A DNA stretch of 64,000 bases from an uncultured Clostridia bacterium (GCA_946187035.1 CAMHPQ010000003.1:1886-65885), one strand, 5' to 3'. Counted from the first letter of the stretch, positions 24,509 to 34,163 are shown. Program-made: numbers and translations. Notes: a model not told the origin generated them from the sequence alone.

Positions 24509-26313
24509 CGGCTCTGGAGGCCATTGAATACATTGAGCACTACACCTGGAGCACCACCCGGCTGGGGCTCGGGCGGACAAAAGAACTGCTCAGTCGAATG
24601 GGCGATCCACAGAAGTCTTTAAAATTCGTCCATGTGGCCGGGAGCAACGGCAAGGGCAGCACCTGCGCCATGCTGGCCTCGGTGCTGCGCGCCGCCGGAT
24701 ACAAAACCGGGCTCTACACCAGCCCCTACATCCAGGATTTCTGCGAGCGGATGCAGGTGAGCGGCTTAAACATCCCCGGCGAGACCCTGGCGGAGATCAC
24801 GGATCGGGTGCGGGTGCAGGCGGATCAGATGGAGGATCATCCCAGCCAGTTTGAGCTGGTGACGGCCATCGCCATGGTCTACTTTCTGGAGGCAGGCTGC
24901 GACATTGTGGTTCTGGAAGTGGGTCTCGGCGGCGCGCTGGACTCCACCAACGCCATCGACGCCCCGGAGGCAGCCGTGATCACCAATCTGGCGCTGGAGC
25001 ACACGGAGTATCTGGGCCACACCTATCACGAGATCGCCTCCGCCAAGGCCGGTATCATCAAAACTGGCTGCAGCTGCGCGGCCTATCCCTGCGACCCCGA
25101 GGCCATGGAGACCGTGGCGGCAGTCTGCAAAGAAAAAGACGTCCCGCTCCGGTGGGCGGATTTCGGCCAGATCCAGCCGATCTCCGACAGCCTCCAGGGG
25201 CAGGAATTCACTTATCGAACTTGGAAAAACCTCCGCATTCCCCTGCTGGGGGCCCACCAGCTGAAAAACGCCGCCGTTGCGCTGGAGACCATCGATCTGC
25301 TCCGGGGCCGCGGCTGGGAGATCCCCGATGAGGCGGTGCGCAAGGGCCTGAAAAACGTAACCTGGCCCGCCCGGTTTGAGGTACTGCACCATCAGCCGCT
25401 GTTCCTCCTGGACGGCGGCCACAACAGCCAGTGCGCGCGGGCTCTGGCGGACTGCGTGAAACGGTATCTGCCCGGTGAAAAGATCACCTTCCTCATGGGC
25501 GTTCTGGCGGACAAGGACGCCGACGAGATGCTGCAGGCGGTGCTGCCCCTGGGAAAGCAGTTTTTCTGTCTGACGCCCAACAATCCCAGAGCCCTGACCG
25601 CCGATGCATTGGCGGAGAAGATCCGCGCCCTGGGCGGTGATGCTGTGGTCTGCGCATCTGCGGAGGACGGATTGAAGCGGGTTTTGCAAACCGGCGGCAC
25701 CGTGGTGGCCTTCGGCTCCCTGTATCTGGCGGGGGAGCTGCGGACACTGTTTCCGAAGGTGCTGAAGCAGGTGCAGCGGAGAAGCTGTCTCGACGCCCGA
25801 AAGGCCATTCCGGCACCGGAGCGGAGGGAGAACTCCCGCGCCATCTGCCAGAGGCTGCTGGAATCGGAGCAGTATCAAAAGGCAAATACGATTCTGGCAT
25901 ACAACGCCTTCGGGGCCGAGGCGGATCTAACCGATTTTCTCCAACAGGCGAAGCTGGACGGCAAGCGGGTCTGTCTCCCCTGCTGCGTCAGTGAAACCGA
26001 GATGGTCGCGCTGCTGCCGAAGGATGCAGAAAGCTTCCGAACAGGGGCCTTCGGCATTCTGGAGCCCATTCCGGAGCAGTCCGAGGTCATTCCGCCGGAG
26101 GAAATCGATCTGGTGGTCTGCCCCTGCGCGGGGTTTGACGAGCACCGAAATCGGATGGGCATGGGCGCGGGCTACTATGACCGCTATTTGCCCAAGTGCA
26201 ACAACGCCTCTGTCATCGCCGCCGCCTACGAGGCCCAGAAGCTCCCGGAGATCTGCACCGACAGGCACGATCGTTCCATGGACATGGTGATTACCGAACG
26301 CAAAACCTATTAA
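24505..26313 (+). CDS. folC: Folylpolyglutamate synthase (FolC) fused to 5-formyltetrahydrofolate cyclo-ligase (MTHFS)
   Basis: N-terminal Mur-ligase motifs (HVAGSNGKGST, GLGGALDSTN). The C-terminal ~190 aa carry MTHFS motifs (ILAYNAFGAEADL, GAFGILEP, PCAGFDEHRNRMGMGAGYYDRYL). The start overlaps the folT stop (ATGA). Confidence 0.85.
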   Translation: MTALEAIEYIEHYTWSTTRLGLGRTKELLSRMGDPQKSLKFVHVAGSNGKGSTCAMLASVLRAAGYKTGLYTSPYIQDFCERMQVSGLNIPGETLAEITDRVRVQADQMEDHPSQFELVTAIAMVYFLEAGCDIVVLEVGLGGALDSTNAIDAPEAAVITNLALEHTEYLGHTYHEIASAKAGIIKTGCSCAAYPCDPEAMETVAAVCKEKDVPLRWADFGQIQPISDSLQGQEFTYRTWKNLRIPLLGAHQLKNAAVALETIDLLRGRGWEIPDEAVRKGLKNVTWPARFEVLHHQPLFLLDGGHNSQCARALADCVKRYLPGEKITFLMGVLADKDADEMLQAVLPLGKQFFCLTPNNPRALTADALAEKIRALGGDAVVCASAEDGLKRVLQTGGTVVAFGSLYLAGELRTLFPKVLKQVQRRSCLDARKAIPAPERRENSRAICQRLLESEQYQKANTILAYNAFGAEADLTDFLQQAKLDGKRVCLPCCVSETEMVALLPKDAESFRTGAFGILEPIPEQSEVIPPEEIDLVVCPCAGFDEHRNRMGMGAGYYDRYLPKCNNASVIAAAYEAQKLPEICTDRHDRSMDMVITERKTY

Positions 26314-26317
26314 ACGA

Positions 26318-26348
26318 AAAGAACCGGCCCGGGGGCCGGTTCTTTTTT
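26318..26348. terminator. Bidirectional terminator between convergent genes
   Basis: GAACCGGCCC and GGGCCGGTTC form a hairpin flanked by an A-run and a T-run. Confidence 0.75.
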
Positions 26349-26350
26349 GA

Positions 26351-28186
26351 TTAAGATACGGTGAGCTTGACGGCCTTGGTGGTCAGGGTCCCGAGATCGC
26401 CGGTGATCCTGCAGCGGTACTGGTAGCCGTTGCGGTTGGTGCTGCCGGTGAGGCCCTGCACCGTCAGCGTGGCGGCATTGTAACCTGCTGTGGCCTTGGT
26501 GCAGTTTTTCCAGACGCCGGTGGCGGGGTTTTTATACTGCCACTGATAGCTGAGATTCTCGCCGGTGGCCGTCACGGTAAACTGGGCGTAACCCGCGCCG
26601 GTGACGCTCTGGGCCTTGGGCTGGGTCTTGACGGCGAAAACCGAGAGGGCGGCCGCCTTGGAGGTGAGGGTCGTTCCGCCGCCGGTGATCTTGCAGCGGT
26701 ACTGGTAGCCGTCCCGGTTGGTGCCGCCGGTGACGCCCTGCACCGTCAGGGTGGCGGTGTTGTAGCCTTTGGTGGCGCTGGAGCAGTTCTTCCAGAGGCC
26801 GTTGGCGGGGTTCTTGTACTGCCACTGGTAGCTGAGGCCCTCGCCGGTGGCCGTCACGGTGAACTGGGCATAATCCGCGCCGGTGACGCTCTGGGCCTTG
26901 GGCTGGGTCTTGATGGCCACAACCGACAGCGTAGCGGGGGCGCTGGTCAGGGTTTCGGTTCCGTCGGAGACCACGCAGCGGTACTGATAACCGTTGCGGT
27001 TGGTGCTGCCGGTGACGCCCTGGACCGTCAGGGTCGCGGTGTTGTAGCCCTTCGTTGCGCTGGAGCAGTTTTTCCAGAGGCCATTGGCGGGATTCAGATA
27101 CTGCCACTGGTAGCTGAGATTCTCGCCGGTGGCCGTCACGGTGAAGTCCGCAGTTCCGGTGGTGACGACGCTCCGGGAAACTGGCTGCACGGTGATCGCA
27201 AATTCCTCCGCCGGTTCATAGGCGGATTCCGCCAGCGGATAGGCGGCGGCAAAGGCGTTGTCCGCAAACTCGTCGCCGATGCCGTCATGGTTCAGAAAGT
27301 CACCGGAGCCCCGGAGGAAGTAGTCATAGCTGGTCTCCCCGGCGTCCCAGGTGGCGTCAAGCTCGTAATACCGATCCCCGATTTTGGCGATGTTCCAGGC
27401 GTGGTTGAGGCTGTCCCCCACCACGATTCTGGCGTCGATATCTGCGTCCAGCGCCATGCGGTAGAAGAGATTGGCATAGCCCTGACAGACCGCCGTGCCG
27501 TTGATCAGGGCGGCATAGGCCGTGGCCTTCAGATGGTAGTTCTGGTCGTTGAGATGCTCGTTGTCGTAGACAACGTGATCGCAGATATAGTCATAGATGG
27601 CCCGGAGCCGGTCATAGGTTCGGACATTGGCGCAGATGCCGGGCAGGAGCTGATCCAGTCTGGCGGTGACTTCCGCCTCCTGATCCGCGTCGGTGTAGTA
27701 GGTGAAGGTCAGGGTGTACAGCATCTCCGGCAGATTGCCGTCGGCTGAGGTCTCGTACTTCAGATACTGATAGCGCAGATAGTCCCCCTGGGTGCCCACG
27801 CCGGTGTGTACCGTGGCGTCGTACCCGAAGCCGTCCGCATAGGCGTAGAAGGCGTCCGCGTCGGGGGTGGTCAGGTAAAAGGAGATGGTCTCGTTTCGCT
27901 GCTCCATCTGCTCCCGGATGTAGTCTGCTGCCTCCTCCGGGGTGTCATAGCTTGGCGGCTCGGAGGCGTTTTCCCCATCGGCCAGATAGAGATGGTTCTC
28001 CGGAGCGGTCCACTGCAGGCCCTCCGAAGGGCACACCTGATCGGCGTAATAGGGGTTCACCGTGACCTGCTGCAGGTGCAGCTGATCTGCGGCCAGAGCG
28101 GGCGCGCCCAGCGTGAGCAGCAGACACAGCGCCAGCATGAACATCCAGATTCTGCGAAGCTGTTTCATGGTCTTCACCTTCTTCAT
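26351..28186 (-). CDS. Secreted transglutaminase-like cysteine protease domain protein with three Ig-like repeats
   Basis: Signal peptide MKQLRRIWMFMLALCLLLTLGAPALA. Transglutaminase-like core CQGYANLFYRM...NHAWNIAKIG...YELDATWD. The three C-terminal modules are homologous to those of the 1932-aa protein. The start is ambiguous (28186 or 28168). Confidence 0.8.
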   Translation of the reverse strand: MKKVKTMKQLRRIWMFMLALCLLLTLGAPALAADQLHLQQVTVNPYYADQVCPSEGLQWTAPENHLYLADGENASEPPSYDTPEEAADYIREQMEQRNETISFYLTTPDADAFYAYADGFGYDATVHTGVGTQGDYLRYQYLKYETSADGNLPEMLYTLTFTYYTDADQEAEVTARLDQLLPGICANVRTYDRLRAIYDYICDHVVYDNEHLNDQNYHLKATAYAALINGTAVCQGYANLFYRMALDADIDARIVVGDSLNHAWNIAKIGDRYYELDATWDAGETSYDYFLRGSGDFLNHDGIGDEFADNAFAAAYPLAESAYEPAEEFAITVQPVSRSVVTTGTADFTVTATGENLSYQWQYLNPANGLWKNCSSATKGYNTATLTVQGVTGSTNRNGYQYRCVVSDGTETLTSAPATLSVVAIKTQPKAQSVTGADYAQFTVTATGEGLSYQWQYKNPANGLWKNCSSATKGYNTATLTVQGVTGGTNRDGYQYRCKITGGGTTLTSKAAALSVFAVKTQPKAQSVTGAGYAQFTVTATGENLSYQWQYKNPATGVWKNCTKATAGYNAATLTVQGLTGSTNRNGYQYRCRITGDLGTLTTKAVKLTVS

Positions 28187-28227
28187 CAAGCTGATTCCAG
28201 TATACCATTCAGATCCAGGTTTTTCAA

Positions 28228-28259
28228 GAAAAAGCAGCCGCCTCGGGTGAGACGGCTGC
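28228..28259 (-). terminator. Terminator after the acyl carrier protein gene
   Basis: GCAGCCG and CGGCTGC form a hairpin followed on the minus strand by TTTTTC. Confidence 0.6.
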
Positions 28260-28289
28260 AAGTTTGCTGTTTCTCAGCAGGGATCCGGA

Positions 28290-28529
28290 TCAGATCTGCT
28301 CCTTCAGGAACTCCACGACCTGACGGACGGTCTTGAAATCGCCCACCTTCTCATCGGTGATGACCAGATTGAACTCGTCCTCGATGGTGGTGACCATCTC
28401 CACAAAGTCCAGAGAGTCGGCGTCCAGATCGTCGATGATGTTGGTATCCATGGAGATGTCGCTCTCGTCCAGCTCCAGCTGCTCGGCCAGGATCGTTCTG
28501 ACTTTCTCAAAAATCTCTTCCAGGCTCAT
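28290..28529 (-). CDS. acpP: Acyl carrier protein
   Basis: 79-aa acidic protein with the DLDADSLDFVEMV phosphopantetheine-attachment motif. Confidence 0.85.
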   Translation of the reverse strand: MSLEEIFEKVRTILAEQLELDESDISMDTNIIDDLDADSLDFVEMVTTIEDEFNLVITDEKVGDFKTVRQVVEFLKEQI

Positions 28530-28553
28530 GTTCTTTCCTCCTTGAATTTGAAA

Positions 28554-29231
28554 TCAGCTCCACTCTCTGCTGGTGGGCTTGTTGGTGTTCTGGGGCTTCT
28601 CCGGGCGCTCATAGAGCACCACCACGCGGCGGTAGGGCTCCACGCCCACGGAGGTGGTGGAGACGCCCTCCACATCCTGCAGGGCGGTGTGCACCACATG
28701 GCGCTCGTAGGAGTTCATGGGCTCCATGCGCATCTCGCGCTTGTACTTCAGCACGCGGGCGGCCATCTTCTGCGCCATGCGCACCAGCCGCTCCTCCTGC
28801 CGGGCGCGGTAGCCCTCGGTGTCGATGCTGATGTTCATGCGCTTCTCGCTGCCGTGGTTCACGGCGTAGCTGGTCAGATGCTGGATGGCGTCCAGGGTCT
28901 CGCCGTGGCGGCCAATGACGTCGCCCATCTTCTCACCGGAGAGGATGACCTGCACGCCGCCGTTGTCACGGGGGGTGATCTCCATCTCGGCGGTGACGCC
29001 CATGTGCTCCAGCAGGCCGCCCAGGAAGGAGCGGATGCCGGCATAGGGATCGTCGGGCACCTCATAGCTCACGCGGATGGTGGCGTCCTGCGCGCCAATG
29101 CCCAGAAAACCGGACTTGGAGCGCTCCACGATCTCAACGGAGACGTCGTCCCGATCCATGCCGAGCTCTGCCAGCGCGGCTGCGATGGCCTCTTCCTCGG
29201 TCTTCGCGGTCTTTTCCAAAGTTTTCAGCAT
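28554..29231 (-). CDS. jag: Jag/KhpB-type RNA-binding protein (Jag_N, KH, R3H)
   Basis: Sequence MLKTLEKTAKTEEEAIAAALAELG...FLGIG...; R3H-like EPMNSYERHVVH. Positioned after yidC. Confidence 0.85.
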   Translation of the reverse strand: MLKTLEKTAKTEEEAIAAALAELGMDRDDVSVEIVERSKSGFLGIGAQDATIRVSYEVPDDPYAGIRSFLGGLLEHMGVTAEMEITPRDNGGVQVILSGEKMGDVIGRHGETLDAIQHLTSYAVNHGSEKRMNISIDTEGYRARQEERLVRMAQKMAARVLKYKREMRMEPMNSYERHVVHTALQDVEGVSTTSVGVEPYRRVVVLYERPEKPQNTNKPTSREWS

Positions 29232-29234
29232 AGT

Positions 29235-30479
29235 TTATTCTCCTGTTTCATCTACAGTGGTCTCTGCGGACGGGGCAAACTCCGCGCCGAAGCGCTCCGG
29301 ATCGTAGGCGCGGCCGCGGGCATAGCGCCGATGGCCCACCTGAGAGGCCGGGGTCTCGTTCTCCGGGATGCCCAGTCTGGCGCGTCTGGCGGCGCGCTCC
29401 TCGCGGGCGGCCTCTGCCTTGCGCTCGTCGTCCTGCTGCTTGGCACTGGCCTGCAGCTTTTTCTTGCTGGTGTTGCGGTTGACCGCGGTCTCACCGGCGG
29501 CGCGGCGGCGCTCGGTCTCTTCCTTCTGGCGGGCGCGCTCCTCCTCCAGCTCGCGGGCTCTGCGCACCTCTGCCTTGGCCTCGCGCTCCGCGTCCTCCAG
29601 ATCCAGGGTCTTGGTAAAGTACTTGGTGAGACCCACGTCGCGGAGGATGCCGAACACGCTGTTCACAATCCAGTACAGACCCAGGGCCGCGGGCATGCTG
29701 AAGCAGATCCACAGGGACAGCAGCGGCATGAAGATCATCATGGTCTTGTTGGTGCTGTTGTTGGCGGCGGTGGCGGGCTGGGGATTGGTTTTCTGGCTGA
29801 TGACCATGCTCAGCCAGCTCATGCCGGCGGAAATCACCGGGATCAGGAACAGACCCACGGCGGGGAGCCACACGGAGGCGTCGCTCCAGTCGGTTCTCCA
29901 GAGCTGGAAGGTGGGCTGCTCGCCCAGGTTCAGGCCCAGGAAGTGGTAGTTCAGGTCAATGAGCTTGCCGCCGAAGTTGCCCAGGGCGGAGGTGACGGCG
30001 TCCCAGTTCTGGTGGATCAGATCGGCGATCTGGATCTCCTGATAGGCGGCGCTGCGTCCGGTCTCGGAGGCGACAAAGCCGGCGTTCTGCGTGACCCAGT
30101 CGGTGAGGCTGGCCACGGCGTCGGCGCCCAGCGTCATCATCTTGCTGAGGGGCTGACGGATGACGGCGTACAGCGCGATCAGGATCGGGAACGGAATCAG
30201 CGTCCAGAGGCAGCCGGACATGGGGCTGACGCCCTCTTCCTTGTAGAGCTTCATGGTCTCGGTCTGAAGCCGCTGCTGATCCTTGGCGTACTTCTCCTGC
30301 AGGGCCTGCATCTTGGGGTTCAGGCGGGTCATGCGCATCATGCTCTTCTTGCTCTTTGCCATGAAGGGCAGCAGGATGAGGTTGACCAGCAGACCAAACA
30401 GGATGATGGCAATGCCGTAGCTGCCCGTGAGCAGGTAGAACTGCTTCAGCGGCCAGCCGAAAATTGAGGTAAATGACAT
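29235..30479 (-). CDS. yidC: YidC/Oxa1 family membrane protein insertase with a long basic C-terminal tail
   Basis: Sequence GIAIILFGLLVNLILLPF...MQALQEKYAKDQQRLQTETMKLYKEEGVSPMSGC. The tail is Lys/Arg/Glu-rich. Confidence 0.9.
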   Translation of the reverse strand: MSFTSIFGWPLKQFYLLTGSYGIAIILFGLLVNLILLPFMAKSKKSMMRMTRLNPKMQALQEKYAKDQQRLQTETMKLYKEEGVSPMSGCLWTLIPFPILIALYAVIRQPLSKMMTLGADAVASLTDWVTQNAGFVASETGRSAAYQEIQIADLIHQNWDAVTSALGNFGGKLIDLNYHFLGLNLGEQPTFQLWRTDWSDASVWLPAVGLFLIPVISAGMSWLSMVISQKTNPQPATAANNSTNKTMMIFMPLLSLWICFSMPAALGLYWIVNSVFGILRDVGLTKYFTKTLDLEDAEREAKAEVRRARELEEERARQKEETERRRAAGETAVNRNTSKKKLQASAKQQDDERKAEAAREERAARRARLGIPENETPASQVGHRRYARGRAYDPERFGAEFAPSAETTVDETGE

Positions 30480-30509
30480 ATTAAGATGTCTCCTGTCTGT
30501 GGTTCGACC

Positions 30510-30728
30510 CTAGGGTACCGGGTCGTAGTAGTCGTGGCCCTTGTGCCACGGGTGGCAGCGGGAGATCCGCTTGACGGCAAGCCAGCCTCCCTTGAGCGCT
30601 CCGTATTTCTCGATGGCCTGGAGCGCGTACTGTGAGCAGGTGGGATTGTAGCGGCAGGTGGGCGGCTTGAGGGGCGAGATGTACTTCCGATAGAACTTGA
30701 TCAGTGCCAGAAGAATCTTCTTCATCAC
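30510..30728 (-). CDS. yidD: Membrane protein insertion efficiency factor YidD
   Basis: Sequence [53 protein letters not shown]. Confidence 0.9.
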   Translation of the reverse strand: MMKKILLALIKFYRKYISPLKPPTCRYNPTCSQYALQAIEKYGALKGGWLAVKRISRCHPWHKGHDYYDPVP

Positions 30729-31081
30729 GACTGGGCTCCCTCCCCGGGTACCAGCAGCGACAGTCTCCCAAGGGTCTTTAAAAGCTCCTTCTCCAGCCGG
30801 TGATAGTCCGCCTCCGCAGCCCGATGCCGAGCCACGATGACGATATCATATCCGCGCTTCACTTCCCCCTCGTGCAGGCGGTAAATCTCCCGCAGACGGC
30901 GGCGGATGCGGTTGCGCGTGACGGCGTTTCCGATCTTGTTGGAGACGGTGTAGCCGATCCGGTTCTGGTCTCTGCCGTTTTTCCGGCAGTAGCAGACCAG
31001 CGACGGTGCGGCCAGACTCTTTCCCTTGGAGTACAGGCGCCGGAATTCATGGTTTTTCTTGAGTGTTACGGTAAATTCCAC
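30725..31081 (-). CDS. rnpA: Ribonuclease P protein component
   Basis: Sequence [16 protein letters not shown]...[27 protein letters not shown]. The GTG start at 31081 lies 6 nt after AGGAGAG; the track ATG at 31117 is less likely. Confidence 0.85.
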   Translation of the reverse strand: MEFTVTLKKNHEFRRLYSKGKSLAAPSLVCYCRKNGRDQNRIGYTVSNKIGNAVTRNRIRRRLREIYRLHEGEVKRGYDIVIVARHRAAEADYHRLEKELLKTLGRLSLLVPGEGAQS

Positions 31082-31199
31082 TTGCCTCTCTCCTGCTAAA
31101 TCAAACTGCGAATACAAACACGTTTAGGGCGGAACTATGTGCCCGCCCAAAAAACGATGTTATTTGATTGCAGCCGTGCTCACAGCAAACTGCTGAGAC

Positions 31200-31334
31200 T
31201 CAGTAGCTCAGCTTTTTTCTGCCCTTCGCTCTGCGGCGGGCGAGCACCTTGCGGCCGTTGGCGGTGGCCATTCTCTTGCGGAAGCCGTGCTCTTTCTTGC
31301 GCTGGCGCTTCTTGGGCTGGTAGGTACGGAACAT
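31200..31334 (-). CDS. rpmH: 50S ribosomal protein L34
   Basis: Hand translation gives [53 protein letters not shown]. The ORF is below the ORF-track cutoff. Confidence 0.95.
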   Translation of the reverse strand: MFRTYQPKKRQRKKEHGFRKRMATANGRKVLARRRAKGRKKLSY

Positions 31335-31460
31335 CGTCTGGACTCCTTTCTGAAAATAGGATAACTCAGCAACAGGTGATCATCACCTGAGGTGGACTGG
31401 TTGGATCCGCCGTTTTCGGCGGCACCGGGTTGATATTATACCTTATACTATCCTCGGATG

Positions 31461-32033
31461 TCAAGGATTTTTCGCTTCCGAGGAGGCATTTTCCCCTTCC
31501 CGATCCAACAAAAGCCGGGTTTTCAGCACCGCCACGACGGTTTTTACGTCCGGCAATTGTCCGCTCAGGGCCAGATCCACCAGCTCGTCCAGGCTGTGCT
31601 TTTCCACATTCAGGAATTCCCCGTCGTCCAGATGGGCCTTGCCGTGCTTCAGATCTCTGGCAAGATAGACGTGCAGCACCTCGCCGCAGTAGCCGGGAGA
31701 GGCGTACTGTCTGCCCAGATACTCCAGTCTGCCGGCCTCCAGGCCGGTCTCCTCACTGAGTTCCCGTCGCGCCGCAGGCTCCGGGGATTCGCCCTTCTCC
31801 AGCTTTCCCGCGGGGATCTCCAGCAGCAGCTCTGAAAAGGGATAGCGAAACTGGCGCACGCACCAGACCGTGCCGTCGGCCTCCAGCGGCAGCACCGCCA
31901 CCCCGCCGGGGTGCTCCACCACTTCCCGGAGCGCCAGGCTCCCGTCCGGAAGCTCCGCCTGATCCAGTCTGGTGTTCACAATGATCCCGTGGTAGCAGGT
32001 GATGGATTTGAGGGTTTTCTCTTCCAGCTTCAT
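31461..32033 (-). CDS. NUDIX hydrolase (ADP-ribose pyrophosphatase-like)
   Basis: Nudix box GKLEKGESPEPAARRELSEETGLEA. Confidence 0.85.
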   Translation of the reverse strand: MKLEEKTLKSITCYHGIIVNTRLDQAELPDGSLALREVVEHPGGVAVLPLEADGTVWCVRQFRYPFSELLLEIPAGKLEKGESPEPAARRELSEETGLEAGRLEYLGRQYASPGYCGEVLHVYLARDLKHGKAHLDDGEFLNVEKHSLDELVDLALSGQLPDVKTVVAVLKTRLLLDREGENASSEAKNP

Positions 32034-32152
32034 GATATATCATCTCCAACGGGTATCTTACCATATTTCCGGCAGGATTGCCATATATTTTGAGTGGCGC
32101 GTTTCCGCCGCATGAAATATAATGATCTTAACTATTTGGGGGAGGATATCAT

Positions 32153-32629
32153 ATGGTGATTGAGACCGTGACGCCCCAGGCCGTCAGTCTGCGCATCAGC
32201 CGCGCGGAGCTGGACGGGCGGCGAACCATGACCCAGGAGGAGGCCCGGGAGGCCGTGCTCCGGGCATTGACGGAGAGCGGACAGCCGCCGTGGTTCCGGA
32301 TGGAGATCTCCCTCTTCCCCGCCGAGGAGGAGCTGCTGCTGATCGCAAGGCCGGTGTCGCCCTGCCCCTGCCGGTTCCGATTTGAGCGCTTCGGCGACCT
32401 CACGGCGGCGCTGGCCTGGCTGCCGACGGAGACGGACTCCGACGTGGTTTACATCGAAGGCGGCTACGAGCTGCTTTTGTATCTGGCGGAATCGGCGCTG
32501 CCCAACGCCCTCTATGAGTTCGGCCAGCCCCTGGACTGCACCCCGGAGCTGGCGGCCCATCTCACGGAGCAGGGGGATCTGATCGCCCGAGAGGACGCCG
32601 TTTGTCTGCTGCAGAACTATTTTTGCTGA
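32153..32629 (+). CDS. Short MecA-like adaptor protein
   Basis: The start MVIETV...LRISRAELDGR and the C-terminus FRFERFGDL...LYEFGQPL...LTEQGDLIAREDAVCLLQNYF resemble the ends of MecA. The match is weak. Confidence 0.5.
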   Translation: MVIETVTPQAVSLRISRAELDGRRTMTQEEAREAVLRALTESGQPPWFRMEISLFPAEEELLLIARPVSPCPCRFRFERFGDLTAALAWLPTETDSDVVYIEGGYELLLYLAESALPNALYEFGQPLDCTPELAAHLTEQGDLIAREDAVCLLQNYFC

Positions 32630-32696
32630 AATCTCTTTTCTTCTACCCAAAAGTGTGCTAAAATAGAAGTCCACAGCCGCGAAAGGAGGACCGATC

Positions 32697-33161
32697 ATGC
32701 CCAGAGAAAAAGGCACCAAGCAGGCGGCGCAGAACCGCAAGGCTCTGCATGATTACTTCGTCCTGGAGCGGTATGAGGCCGGCATTGAGCTCTTCGGCAC
32801 CGAGGTCAAGAGCATCCGCGCCGGCACCGTGAATCTGAAGGACAGCTTCTGCGTGGTGAAAAACGGGGAGCTCTTCGCCCACGGCATCCACATCAGCCCC
32901 TACACCCACGGGAGCTACTATAACAAAGACCCAGATCGTCCCAAGCGGCTTTTGATGCACAAGCGGGAGATCCTGAAGCTGAATGCCAAGGTCATGCAGG
33001 AGGGTCTGACGCTGGTTCCCCTGAGCCTCTATTTTAAAGATGGACGTGTGAAGGCGGAGATCGGTCTCTGCAAGGGCAAAAAGCTCTACGACAAGCGGGA
33101 GGCCGCAGCCGAAAAGTCCGCCCGGAGAGATATGGACCGGGCCATGAAAGAGAAATACTGA
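32697..33161 (+). CDS. smpB: SsrA-binding protein
   Basis: Sequence NRKALHDYFVLERYEAGIELFGTEVKSIRAG...HISPY...RPKRLLMHKREILKL. Confidence 0.95.
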   Translation: MPREKGTKQAAQNRKALHDYFVLERYEAGIELFGTEVKSIRAGTVNLKDSFCVVKNGELFAHGIHISPYTHGSYYNKDPDRPKRLLMHKREILKLNAKVMQEGLTLVPLSLYFKDGRVKAEIGLCKGKKLYDKREAAAEKSARRDMDRAMKEKY

Positions 33162-33427
33162 TTTTTTCAACCGTTACTCCCCTTGGCGCCCTCGGAGAGG
33201 TGTGGGAGACCCCAAAACTTGTTTTGGATGGTCGAGCCATGCGTTTCGAGCGCAGCGAGACTGAGGGAGTGAACGTTGGACAAAGGCTGCACGATATTTG
33301 TTTCAGCCTGTACGGTAAAGCTCTCTCCCTCAGTCACGGCTAGTTCTCGCCGTGCCAGCTCCCTCCCAGAGGGAGCCAAGAATTCATACGAAAAGGATTA
33401 AAACAAATACAGAAAGGATACCACACC

Positions 33428-33958
33428 ATGAGCAATCCCATTGTCACCATCGAGATGGAAAACGGCGGCGTCATCAAGGCGGAGCTCTACCCCGAAGTGG
33501 CTCCCAACACCGTGAACAACTTCATCAGCCTCGTGAAGTCCGGCTTCTATGACGGCGTGATCTTCCACCGCGTGATCCCCGGCTTCATGATCCAGGGCGG
33601 CGACCCCCAGGGCACCGGCATGGGCGGCCCCGGCTACTGCATCCGCGGCGAGTTCAGCGACAACGGCTTCAAAAACGAGCTGAAGCACACCCGCGGCGTT
33701 CTGTCCATGGCCCGCACCATGATCCCCGACACCGCCGGCAGCCAGTTCTTCATCATGCACCAGGACGCGCCCCATCTGGATCGCCAGTACGCCGCCTTCG
33801 GCAAGGTCATTGAGGGCATCGAGGTGGTCGATCAGATCGCCCGCAGCCCCCGGAACATGCGCACCGACAAGCCCAACGCGGATCAGCGGATGAAGACCGT
33901 CACCGTGGACACCTTCGGCGTCGAGTACCCCGAGCCGGAGAAGCTGCCGGGAAGATAA
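33428..33958 (+). CDS. ppiB: Cyclophilin-type peptidyl-prolyl cis-trans isomerase
   Basis: Sequence GFYDGVIFHRVIPGFMIQGGDPQGTGMGGPGY...SMARTMIPDTAGSQFFI. Confidence 0.9.
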   Translation: MSNPIVTIEMENGGVIKAELYPEVAPNTVNNFISLVKSGFYDGVIFHRVIPGFMIQGGDPQGTGMGGPGYCIRGEFSDNGFKNELKHTRGVLSMARTMIPDTAGSQFFIMHQDAPHLDRQYAAFGKVIEGIEVVDQIARSPRNMRTDKPNADQRMKTVTVDTFGVEYPEPEKLPGR

Positions 33959-34163
33959 AAGAGACGGATTGCCACCGCGTCGCGGTAAGTGCCGTCCTTG
34001 TTTGGGGAACGGATTGCCACACCAGTGTGCGCACTGGTTCGCAATGACACATTCTATTTGAAACTTTCGCAAATCTCAAACGTCTAAAACATCGAAGAAC
34101 AGTTCAAGTTTTTCTATTCGCCTCGTAGAGTTTCGCGGCTCGGATGCCGCGAAAGCAATTGCA

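Noticed and set aside
28542-30467. 641-aa plus-strand ORF across jag and yidC. Similar antisense ORFs lie at 40788-42317, 42357-43529, 43575-45299, 4917-5810, 7039-8673, 8796-9572, 20407-21600 and 24766-25878.
   Set aside because: Each lies opposite a confidently identified conserved gene and has no independent coding evidence.
31335-31460. Possible oriC / DnaA-box cluster upstream of rpmH
   Set aside because: Only one partial box (TTATCCTAT) and a short palindrome (GGTGATCATCACC) are present. There is no AT-rich unwinding element and no dnaA gene.
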